DNA of 64,000 bases from Phoronis australis (lineage: Eukaryota; Animalia; Phoronida): NCBI GenBank assembly GCA_002633005.1, contig NMRA01000101.1, positions 496,001 through 560,000 of the forward strand, read 5' to 3'. Positions within the stretch are counted from its first letter, which is position 1. The number at the start of each line of letters is the position of its first letter. The notes beneath the pieces were generated by a model. The model saw only the letters and a list, made by a program, of their open reading frames with translations, had not been told where the DNA came from and ran no database searches. Made by a program: the position numbers and the translations under genes. Shown one piece after another: positions 1 through 12,500 of this stretch.

Positions 1-583
1 ATAATGGTGGTGCAAAGGAGATTAACAAATGATGAAGTAGCTGCCAACAAGATGAAATCATGCAAGAGTTATAAGTGATGGTATAATGTACACGAGACCA
101 AAGGGTTGGGAGCTGGGCTATGAACGTCTCCACAGATGGAGTATTCCATATTCAAGTAACACAAAAGCTGTTTATTCAGGATAAAACCTATTTTCAAATA
201 TACAACTGATATCTCTTTGTGTCCAGATAAAAAAGAAAATATCAAAAATGTAACAGTTAACAAGACTATAAATCTGCAGTGATTTTAATCTCGTTTTTTT
301 ATTTTTTTAATCATTTGAGGGGATTTTTTGATTCTGACGAGGGGATTTATGCCAGATTTTTTACTCTTTTCCTAGATGAGGTCCAATATTCAACCCAAAA
401 ACCTGCCCTGCAGGTGTTCACATTTCTTGAAGTGTGTACACTGCCTAATGTTATGAGGACCAAGCATAACTTGAACTCTGTGAATAATAAATTGATCACA
501 GAACACAGCAGTGTACATACCTGATGGCCCCCATGGAAAGCAGCGTGAACTGATATTACATTAATAATAATAACAATAATAAC

Positions 584-3500
584 CTGAGCAAGACTTTTCT
601 TCTTCTGTTCATAATACCCATTATGAGGATGCCATGGATTGAGAAATTCAAACCGAGGGTCATTTTGTGACTTGACTTGACCTTCAAACTGCAGGCCTTC
701 CTTGATCACGTAGCCAGCCATCCTGTCTATAACCGGCTTTTGATCTGGAGGAGGCGGGATCACTTGTGGCCCGATGGTGGCTACACCCAGGTCCAAGCTG
801 CAATGAAAACACAAGAACAATACAAACATAATCAAGACAGAAATGGCAGACAGTGCACAACAAACAGCATGTTTCTAGGAATATAGGTTTAAAGAAGGTA
901 CAAGGAGGCAACAAAATTGACCACAAGTTGTTGCAACAATCAAAATTGACATAAAAATGTTGTTACCTCACCACCAAACTAATAGTTTAAAAATCTAACA
1001 TTTTTCTACATTTTTTAACAAAGAAGTAAATGAAAGTGCTTTGAGGAGCACACTTGACGAAATCTTATGAACTGGAGGCCAACGACGAAAGTAAGAACAC
1101 CACTGATTACTGCGACAACCAGGATAACAAAAGCGACCATGCCATCACCATTAGGGCCGTCTCGCATTACACAGCGACACTCGAATCTTGCTGTATTTAC
1201 CCACAATGCTGTAAACATCTGCCAAGCACATTTGCTGCCTCGGTTTCATGCCACTGGAGTTTCACATGTTATTTGTTGTTGTCTAATTCTTTACAAGTTT
1301 TTCTCGGTTGCATTAGTATATTCGTTCTTCCAATGCCAACGAAGTATTACTGCTGTTCCGTCGGCTGCCACTCTGACGGGAAAAGTTTGATAAACTGAAC
1401 AAATACCCGTTGATGTGTGATCTGAAATTCTTCACTTTCCCCGACATCAATGAGACACGAAAATGTGCCTGTTTTCCAAAACTAGAACACACGCTTTCTT
1501 ATCTCCGGGACAAAGGAGAGTTCTATCGTCATATAATCTGGGACGGCCCAATTCAATAACACTAACGATAAGGAGACAAGACTGCATATCACAATGAGGT
1601 CACCGCCAGTGAAGACACCACCTACAGCGATGATGAAAATGATGCTACTGCCAATGTAGACAACAATTCTCCAATAACATTGGGAGCCAACAACAACATT
1701 ACTTAATGATGTTAACATTGAAGCAATGATAACTAGGACACAGATACCACCAAAACTATGCGAACCACAAAAAGAATACTGGCAAGACAACGATGCATGC
1801 AGTGCCTACATCAACAACATCGTTGACACCGCAGCAGACGCCACTTGACAACCAAAATGTCACTGACTCCAGTGATGAAAGCGGCTCTTGTCCAAACCAC
1901 AACAACCCCACCCGGTCTCCTCACTCTGAAAAAGTTGCTTTTCAGGTTTCACAAAAATATCAAATATTTAATGTTATACACATGTGGGAGAACGAGAGTT
2001 AGTGTATAGTGTCTTCAGTGAGCGCTAACACTGTTGAAAACACAACCCTTAATACTGACGCGAGTGAAGCTGGTGAAGATAATAAAGATGGAATCATTCA
2101 AGATGGATGCCTGACTCCATAAACTTCATTAGGATTCAACAGTCGGTACACGGCGACTGATAGACCAACATAAAAGAGCAGTGTGGAATTGACCATCAAA
2201 AGAACAGTCATCAGGTCAGTAAATACCAAATAACACGAGAACAGGTCTGAGGGACAAACGCTTGACAAAATGTATCCAAATACCAATTTTCGGTGAGCTC
2301 CATCAAGGAACACTTGGAGGTATATTATGAGAAATAAATTAATGAAAGGGTCATCACAAAATGGATCGAAAAATGGCAATTGCATGAAAAAACAATAGGC
2401 CCCCAGCTTTTCATAACAAACATGTGTGTGCATTTTATGTTGATTTCATAAAAATGCTGATGGCACTCAACAAGATCTAACCACATGCCAAACTTCAGAA
2501 AGATCCTTAATGGACAGCATGAGAAATAATCAACGAAAGAAATGCCATCTGAAAATCCTGAATAACTAGACAACAGTAAGTCACAACAAGTAACAGAAGA
2601 CACCAAATTACCAAGGAATACCTAGAAGGATCATTGAGTTAGAGCTCTATGAAGTGAAGGCTTGAAAATGGCCATATTTTGTCCAAATTTGCCCAAAGAA
2701 CAATTGGCATCAAACTTTTAAGGTGATACATGTTGTATGTGAATTTCATGTTGATTGAACGAGAAAAGTGAGCAGTGGTACGCGTATGACTGACCAAGAT
2801 AAGAGCAGTGAGAAATCGGCCAAGAAAAAAATAGTCAAAAGATCAATAAAGCTCGGCAATCTTGCCAAAAACAGGATTTTTATGGGTTTAAAAAAAAATT
2901 AAAAGACTGCATGAAATGGAACACAAAATATTTTTCAAAAACTGTTTACATTGAAATACAGCATTTTGAATCCTCATCTTGTATATTTTTTTCAAATAAA
3001 AAAAAATTTAAACATGTTATTGACACCATTGTTTGGTCTCAATGTACTTTAATTTCTTATTTGTTAAACGCGACCCAATTTACAGTAGAATGACAAAAAT
3101 TAAAAATCCAATTCTACAGGCTTTCTACTTTCAGAAAATATGTACTTTTGCCGAGTTATAATCTAGTTTTATAGATATTTGGTTAAGTACACCCACTTGT
3201 CATACATAACCTTAAGTACAACATAGATTTTAAACAAATTTCAAGTTAAAAATTTCCAGCTAAAATCACAAACCTATGATGCGAAGGTAGCTGAGGAGGT
3301 ACAGTGCCAGGTGGAGGGGGCTGTGAGTGTAAGTGAGCCGGCTGCATGCCTGGTGGGGGAGGTAGGTTGTTAGACTGACTAAAGACAGATCCCTGAGTCA
3401 CATACTGCTGGATGGGCCGAGTATAATCCTGTTGTGCTCCGTCACTGCAAAGACGAGAAACAAGGAGTGAACAATACATCAACTGGTGGCTTTAATATCT

Positions 3501-6500
3501 TGTACTTGAAATAGTTCATGGGCATTAAAAGGTGAAACTATACTATGACAAACTAATCAGAACATATAAAGAAAGGAAATGACCCTTTTAGAAGAGAATT
3601 TCCTTGCAACTTATATTGCATGCTACATTTATGGCATTTTCTATGAGCTAATCCAATTATACTATCTGGACAGACTAATAGGGCTATCTGGATAGTCCAA
3701 TACAGCCAAAATAACAAAAATTGTAATTGAAATAAAGCATCAAGATGATTGATAAAATGTTGATAAAAATCAAAATTATCTATTGTCTTTACTGGGCAGA
3801 GTTACTCATATTATAACAAAGATTTCTAAAATGCAGGAAACAAAATTTCAAAAGAATCTTGAGGAAGGCTGCCCAAGTAAAGAGACAATACTCTCCAAAA
3901 GAATCTTGAGGAAGGCTGCCCAAGTAAAGAGACAATACTCTCCAAAAGAATTTTGGTTGTCCGTGTGTGAGCATAATGAGAGGTCTAACAAAATGCAACA
4001 CCCTTGTTATTTGAGAATTGGGGAACCTGGCGGTCATTCTCTTAGGGAACCCCTGCCACAACACCTAGTCCTTGTCACTGTGCACCACAGAAGTGAAGTT
4101 TAGTACCACCTGTCAGCACTACTTCAGATATCAGTCAAAGTTTTTTGTTTTGTTTTTTCATTTACTGTATAAATGCATCTTACTAATAATAATAATACTA
4201 GTCCCTTCCATTCCCGCAAAGCACGAGGCATAAGGAACAAATAATGTTGGCTCAGATGCTTGAAATTCAAGTTCTGAACCAAGTTTGGCTCATCAATTAG
4301 CTGCTTCATCACCCTGGATACCAATGTGTACAGGAGTTCAGGTAACTGTGACATGGTTCTACATACTTGATTATTTAAATTAGTGATACATTGATAAACA
4401 CTGTGTAACTTGACAATGTTTTTAAGGCTTTAATAGCTACCTGGCTATCTGACAGGATAGCTGCAGATCTATTTTGGATTCCCTTATCAAATTCCAATAC
4501 ACCTTGCATGTAGTGTTTTTGCCACTGTGGGGAATTTACTAGTGCGCCATGCATTGGGATTTATCAAAAGACTCGCAATTTTAAACTTCACCAAGTCCCT
4601 TTCATGCAATGGCCCTAGCACTAACATTGATACACCATATATATGGCTTTTAATGACAAGCCACCCTTGTTACCAAGTTGAAAATTTCTTTAATATTAAC
4701 AGTGGACCTATACTTTAACAATTTTTGATGATCACCAACTCTCGTTTTATGCACACAAATAATGCCCAGATGTTCATAATGAGTGTTTTTTCTCTAATTT
4801 TTTTTTGTATTTTTCACAGAGGTCGCCGTAACTTTCACAAACAAGAAATCTTTTGCAAAAAATAAGAAAATTTTTATTTTTATTTTTATTTTATTCTAAT
4901 AGCAACAAAAGTGTATCTGAGATTTCTTTTAAGGCCTTTTAGACTGAGAACTCAAAAAACGAAAATGCCACACTTTGTGAAAAAATGAAAGTCTTGATTT
5001 TTGAAAACCGAGTTCTGTTGCAAAAGCGCCTAACAGAAAATCCCAGACACGACTTTGCAGCCATTATAATACTGAAACAGAAGTTAAAAGTTTCTTACAA
5101 AAAATCCTGCTTGTTGTTTTGAAAAATGCAATCATACGATCACGAACATCTGGCCACTGTAATAAGATTCAATGATTATAAGGACTTTAAAAATAGTTTT
5201 ACGGGCCTACACTTGGTAATGAAGTAGTATCTTTAAAAGTCCTGTCATCTCAAAATGAAGAATTCCACACAATTACATGAACAACACCACCAAGTAAATT
5301 AATTGCAAGAAATACGCACATGTGTTGTGCGTGGTTGGGAGAATTCTGGCCTGGCTGCTTGCCAAGTTTGTTTAACAGTTTGGCATAGGCTGTTCCTTCT
5401 ATCTGACTTCCCTTTGGCTGTTGTGGAATGACCTATGAGAGAAAGGAAAAGTCAGCTGAGCAAAGTTTCACTATTTACAGATCATGTTGAATAACATGAA
5501 CATAGCTTCAATAACACACACGAAGCATATTAAACAACTGAAGTCAATTAATATTTTATGCATTTCCAATGTTTGCTGGCTAAGTGCTAGATACTTAGGG
5601 TGACGGCATTGCAAGCTATGGTGGGCTTACAGGGATACCAAAGGGGCACCTACTATGAAGCAAAAGAAACAACTTGAAGGCAAAGCATTCGTTGAGGTGA
5701 AGACATAACAAGCTACCATAAACTTACAGGGTCACCAAGGAGACATTTAGAAATGAGGAAGCCGAAAACAGAATAATGTATTAAAACTTGCAGATTATTT
5801 CCCCAGTTTCACAGAAAAGGGAAACTTGATCGTCACTACAATAAAATTTCAACAATAAAGAACTATATCAAGAACATTGTGTATTGTCTCTTTAAGTTTA
5901 AATTTGTGCACCACCTACAGAATTGACAGACACCAAGTGTACATTCGTCACTTTCAAATTTACGCCACGGATATATTCGGAATTGACTTCTAGTCTCTCA
6001 ACTGGAATTTTCCAAATATAAACCCCAGGCTTGTCTGCGGAAAAATCTGGTATGACGACATGCTGTGTGTTGCCAAGCAGTATCTCCTACATTACCAAAC
6101 CCAGCGCACAACAAACAAGTCCCACCTTGCACACACAATACTTCCATATGTTGGCGGCAAACTACAAATCAAAGGTCCCCCAGCTTTCACTCCAAGTGAT
6201 GCCACTAGGGGGCGCAGATTCAAGCTTCAATTTTCTCTACATTAAGCTAATAGCGCCACCTACCTGTGTGGTCACTTTAGGAGCCAGACTAGGGTGCAGG
6301 TAGCCACTGTTGGAATGCTCATCATCATCTGGATCAGACTCTGGGTGACCTACGTAGTCATAGCTTGATTGTTAATGACTAAGAACATGACAAGTTCTGC
6401 AACTAGATTTTCAACAGAATTTCATGGCTGGCTAAAAACACTTATACCTTTTATTCTCATAAAATCGGTCTAGTCTCACACTAATCTTTTCCATGATAGG

Positions 6501-9500
6501 ACTCCATTTCCGGTAACTGACACTCAGAAAGTCCAGCGGGGCTATGTGATTCAGGTTTATAATCCTAAATACGACATTTTGAGTTTTCTTCAGTTTATTT
6601 GGTTATATCTTTGATTAAAACGATAATTGAGCAATAAATTTGTTTTATTTTTTACAGAGTGTTGCTTTAAGCATCCCCCAAAGCACACCGTATCCCTTAG
6701 TTATTCTGTCTACCGTTAACTGAAGATTGACAGGTAAAGGTAAGTGTCGATTACCAAACCCCACTAATCCTTTGAGATAAACACGTTATATAACTGCTCC
6801 ACTGCCCCCCTGTTATGCTTTGCCAGTTTATAACAAAATCTCTAATTTGGTTTTTAGGGTTACAGTTCACTTGAAGCAGATATAAACTACTTAAGAAAAT
6901 TGCAGGCTCATGACGAACCCGCAACATGGTCCACGGGCAAGGACAAGGGCACAAAGTCGTTGATGCACCCGTTATTTTTTTCAAATTACTAAATCATTCC
7001 TTAAATGTTCATTGACATTTCCCTACATCTACTCCTGACATTGCCACCCAGTTCCAAAATCTATGAGACAATATTCAACAAATTCCTAATCACCATATAC
7101 CATGTACTATTCACTAATTAATTTCTAGCACCTTTTGTATCAGTTGTATTGCATGGAAAGTGGCACTGCTTTAAAAATCATCAACCCTTGTACTTTGAGC
7201 TTTCAGCACTTTTGTAGATAGAGAAGTGAATGCAAAAACCTGACAACAAGAGCAACGCAGAGCGTTGAAATGCGCCCACAATTGCACCGTATACGGTTTC
7301 CTTCTAGGGTTGTTTATTGGTACCATAAAGTGGCCAGTAGAGCGCATATATGTAGTATGTTGTACTTTGCAAAATGGAAAGGCATAATCATCGTCTCCTC
7401 CATAGGCTAGGCGCAAAATGTGAGTGATCTTCATAATACAAGCACATCCAGAAACACCACAGAAACATAGAATTAAAAACAAATTTACCAACATACGAGA
7501 TTAGCACAGCATTAGAATGCCAGAAACAAATTTCTACTTGGAACTTTTCCTTCATAGCCACGAAGTAACACAAAGTATACACCTAAAGACCTATGAAAAT
7601 ACAGAGCTCAATGTAAAATACTTAAATTGCCACTAGAGGCATACCGGTAGTCAGAATCATCCTAAAGTCATCATCGTCCGTTGTCAACATCACATAAATA
7701 CACTTGCTAAATTTAGTAAAGATCCTGCAAACGGTTTGGGAGATACAGCCATGGGCGCAAAAAATAATTGCCACTAGGAGGCGCCACAGTCATGCGAAAT
7801 TCAGCGTCAACCGTCCTCTTCATAGTAAGAACATACATGCCAATTTTCACAATCATACTTAGAGCGGTTTGGTTGATAGAGGGGTGGACGCCAAAAAACA
7901 GACTCAAAAACAGTAAAAATGGCCACTGGGTGTCGCAAACTAAGTAGAATCCATCCAAAAACGGGAGGATAGCGTCATCGCACTAATAGGTGCCTACATA
8001 CCAAATTTCATGAAAATACGTTAAGGACTTGTGAAGATACAGAGGTAAACATAAAAAAAAAATTGCCACTAGGGGGCACACTGGTAGGCGGATTTGTCCA
8101 AAAGTCGTCATTGTCTGTTGTTAACATCATATAAATACACTTATTAAATTTCGTAAAGATCCTGCTAACGGTNGGCGGAAAAAAAACTGCCACTAGGAGG
8201 CGCCACAGTAGTCGAAATCGTTGGAAAATCATCGTCAACAGTCGTCTACATAGTAAGCATATACATGCCAATTTTCACAATCATCCTTTGAGCGGTTTGG
8301 TTGATAGAGGGGTGGACGCAAAAAAACAGACTCGAAAACACTAAAAATGGCCACTAGGTGGCGAAAACTATGTCGAATCCATCTGAAAACGGGAGGATAG
8401 CGTCATCTCACTAATAGGTGCCTACATACCAAATTTCATGAAAATCCATTCAGGACTTTTGAAGATACAAAGGTAAGCGTAAAAAACTAAAATTGCCACT
8501 AGGGGGCACACCGGTAATCGGATCCGTCCGAAAGTTCGCACAGGTCGTCCCATTCATGAATGGAACACATGTGCCAAATTTCATGAACGTATGTCAAAGG
8601 GTTTTGGAGATAGAGCAGCGGACGCCGCCCGGAGATGACGGCATAATGCGTCCACATATAAATATGTGGGCGCATAAAAATAATAAAAAATAGCCACTAA
8701 GAGGGCGCAGAATACGATGAATCCATCTGAAAATGGTACAGACTTAATAATAGAAACCTATTTGCCTAATTTCGTGAAAATCTGTCACGGAATTCAGTAG
8801 ATATAGAGGCTAAGTCTATTACAGCATAATGCGCACATGCACACACTCATATTTATACATGTGTGGGTGCATCATAAGTAGCCACTAGGGAATGCACAAT
8901 AAGCTGCATCGTTTCATTACTAGAAGTACATTTTCACAATTTCATAAAAATCCAATGAGGACCTCCAAACATATAGATGCAAGCACAAAAAATAAAATTG
9001 CCACTAAGAAGCACAGCAGTAGTAGAATCCGTCCAATAGTAGTAGTCAACTGAAGCCGAGTTTATTGATACCCACATGCTAGATTTGAAAAAGATCCCAC
9101 AAAGAGTTTAGGGGCTACAGCTGCAGACGTCAGGTGTATGTACACCGGGTGGATGGCCACCGGGTGAATGAACGCCAGACATAGATGAGGGCAATGTACA
9201 CCTACATGTTTATGTAGGAGCATAAATAGCATATCAACACGTACTATCTCTTCTCCTTGACTCTGTCGGATGTGGCACATATCTACCAGACTTGATCATT
9301 TGCACCACATGTCTGTAGTAAGGGTTCAACTCATCACCCATGTAGAGGAAGTTGAACTGAGGGTTATTATGCTGCTTCGTCTTCAACACTATCTCCATCT
9401 GACCACCGTGTTGACTAACAAATAGGGCCGTCTTCTCTATGATAGCATTGATCTTCACTGACTGAGGCTACAACAACAAAGATACACACGGGTAATAAAT

Positions 9501-12500
9501 ATTGTAAGTGGAAGTGCTGTTTGCATCAAATGCCACTGGAGAACATTCATGATTGTATGGTCACACAAACAGTATTTGTAGTAAACTGTCAAATTATTAA
9601 TAATTTTAGGCAGTCTGCGTATAGTTAGCTAATCATCACAAGTGTAACTCCCATATTTGGTAACTTGTAATTGTTACAGTTGACAGCCATAGTGATTGGG
9701 TTCAGTACTGTAGCAGAGTTAGTCACACTAAGTTGTACAGGAATTTGAAGTCGCACTTGCTCTCGACATCAAGTACCGTATTCACCCTAATAAGCGCCCA
9801 GGGCGCTTAGAAAAATTGGCTCAGGAAGGGGGCGCTTATTACAGCCCAAAATTTGTTGAAACCCAGTCTCTGAAACAGGTGAAATCGTAAGCTAGAATTC
9901 ATCAAATTTACGCTCTGTGAGGCATCTGTAATCTATGACAGAGTTTCTACAAAATTGCAGTGCACTGCTATCAAACTTTGTTGTTAAATTACGAGCATTT
10001 TTCAGAAAATCCCAGTGAGAAAACTCGCCGAATGAAGTGTAGCTGCCTCGCCGATAGGTCAACTTGAATTCTTGAGTTCTCCTTAAGTTTTCAAAATAGC
10101 GTCACTGAGATTTTTAAGTTCCTGTGGAGTCGGGATTAACTGCATATTAAGTCCAAATCTTCGCCAGATCGTACTCCGCAATACGAGAAAAATCTCTAGT
10201 CGAAGACACATGTTGTTGTCATGTGAAGTTTGTTTTGAAGTCCGTCTGTGTATTGTGTGAGAGAGCACACACGTGCATGTTATGAGATTTCATTTGCCAG
10301 AGTAAACACGATGCAACCATTGTAACTACACAAGCAGTAAAGCAGAACGTGTTTTATTTAGCACTTGTTGATCTCATCTGCTAAAAAACCTTCCAGACAT
10401 TGTCTTAGTAAAGCCGGGTGAATGGATGCGTGACAGTCTAAAAGTTATTTTTCTGGAGAGTCAAGGGGTGCAGAAGTGTTCATTATCAGTGAGTCATTTT
10501 GACTTTGTAAACACCAATTACGATTAATTTAATAATTCTCCCTTAAAAATATCGCAAATGTTTTTACGATATTAGAAACTTTCGGAAATAAGTGCCAGTA
10601 TTTATTTCTTACCAATGCTATGCTACCCGTTTCATGAATAGATAGTTCCCGAAGACTAACCTTTGATGACAGATTCATGAATACAGCGCATGCTTCCTAG
10701 CCACGTGCTTTTAACTAAACAAAGGTCAAGTTTTTATAAGTTTTTGATTCGCCGTTTTCACGTGTTCAAAGAGATTTGGATTCCTGTTGAGGGAGATCTG
10801 TATGGGAAAGATACATGTGCAACCTGTTATTTCTGAATATATAAGTTTTTTGTAATAATAATCCCAACTATTACAACCTCTTGCTTATTCTTGAGATGAG
10901 ACAACTTGGAAATTCCAAGTTAACTTCAGCTTGACTATCAGCCTCAACAATCCAAGGTGAAATATTGTGCAATTGTTGTTGCTGCTGTTTCAATATTATC
11001 TAGTTTTTCCTGCTAGAATTTTAATTGCCAGTCCTGTAAGTAGTTCTCATAATAAAACTGTCATGTCGGCAAGTACAGCCGTGTTTTTGAACACTGATGG
11101 CCCATTGAGGCGAGACTGGGTTGGAATTCAGCCGTGCTGAATACTGCAATCGTTAATGTGAGCATTACTTAAGACATGTATTTGTTCAATTCTCTAACAA
11201 TCTAGTACTAAAACCAAAGGCAGCCATAGTCTTTTCGAGACAAAAACATCTGTCAATTGTTGTAATATTGTAGTGATCCTGCACACACTTTGGCGTATGG
11301 AGAGGTGGGCACCAACATCCTTACTCGAAAGTCATAAAAATGGCAGAACACATTCAATCCGTCCGGAAATAGAAAGGTGTCGTAGTCGCCTTAATAAAAC
11401 CCTATCTGCCATGACAATTTCATGACAATCCATAAAATAAACTCCATAGAGGCAATTCAAAGCATTGCCACTAGGAGACAAACTGTTGGAGTGATACAAA
11501 ACTCATCATCATCCCTCGTGAGCTTCTTAGGAACACATCTGACAAATTTTGTTAAAATCCTAAAAGGGGTTTAGGAGATACAACAGTGGAGAATGGACGA
11601 CCAAACAGAGATGAGGGCAATATGCACTCACATGTGTATACGTGGGAGCATAAGAAATGATATCGCCATTGTGTTTTGGAGGAGTTGCGATGGACACTTG
11701 CCCTCGCAGCACAGCCAAACGTCCTGATGTTTCATTTTCGACAGTCAGCAACTACCCCTTGATGGTTTTTGAGACAGAAGCACAGATTTTGTGACAATGT
11801 AGATCTCAATTTTTCCAGTCCAGTTTGATCAATGTTAGTGTCAAAAGAATCGCCCAAATCACCTGTCAGATCTGTCTGAAACAAGATAAGAGCTGTCATT
11901 CCCTTGATAGAATCTTTTTTGTCAAATTTCACGAACATGTACTTACAGCAATCATATCACCTGGCACCTTCAAATTTTCAGGTACTACAAATGGTTCATC
12001 TTCCTCTTCTTCTGAAACAAAAATGTCATCACTTATGCAATGATACCTCTCATCATTCATCAGGAACAATATGGCAATCTGAAAGTCACCACTGTGACCA
12101 TAGATTTTGCATGATGACCTGGTAAAATCCTAGGTGACCACGAAGTTGCCACACACACATCCGCACACGTACTCAAAATACTAAAGGAAGCAAACAGGTT
12201 GTAGTTCGAATTGTTTGGCAAAAATCAAAAGGGCCGAATTGCATTCATCTGTCTCAAAAGGCAAGTCTGTGCATGGAATATTGGGCTCCGAGAGGGAGAA
12301 ATTGGTCATCACTGAGCCGGGAGGCACTGTAATGTTCTGTTCGAGCAAAAAAGAAATTAAAAATTGCATTCGAGTGATCTCGGGTAACACCAGCACACAT
12401 TTGTCACTGAGTACATCAGGTCTCCACTTCTGGCATGTCATTAGTTTCATTTTAAGCTCCTGTCGATGACGTATTGCGACCTCAGTTCCTGTTTGTCAAT

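Noticed and set aside
7600-8600. Regularly spaced repeats superficially like a CRISPR array
   Set aside because: The spacers are themselves homologous to each other, the context is eukaryotic and there are no cas genes; these are transposon internal repeats.
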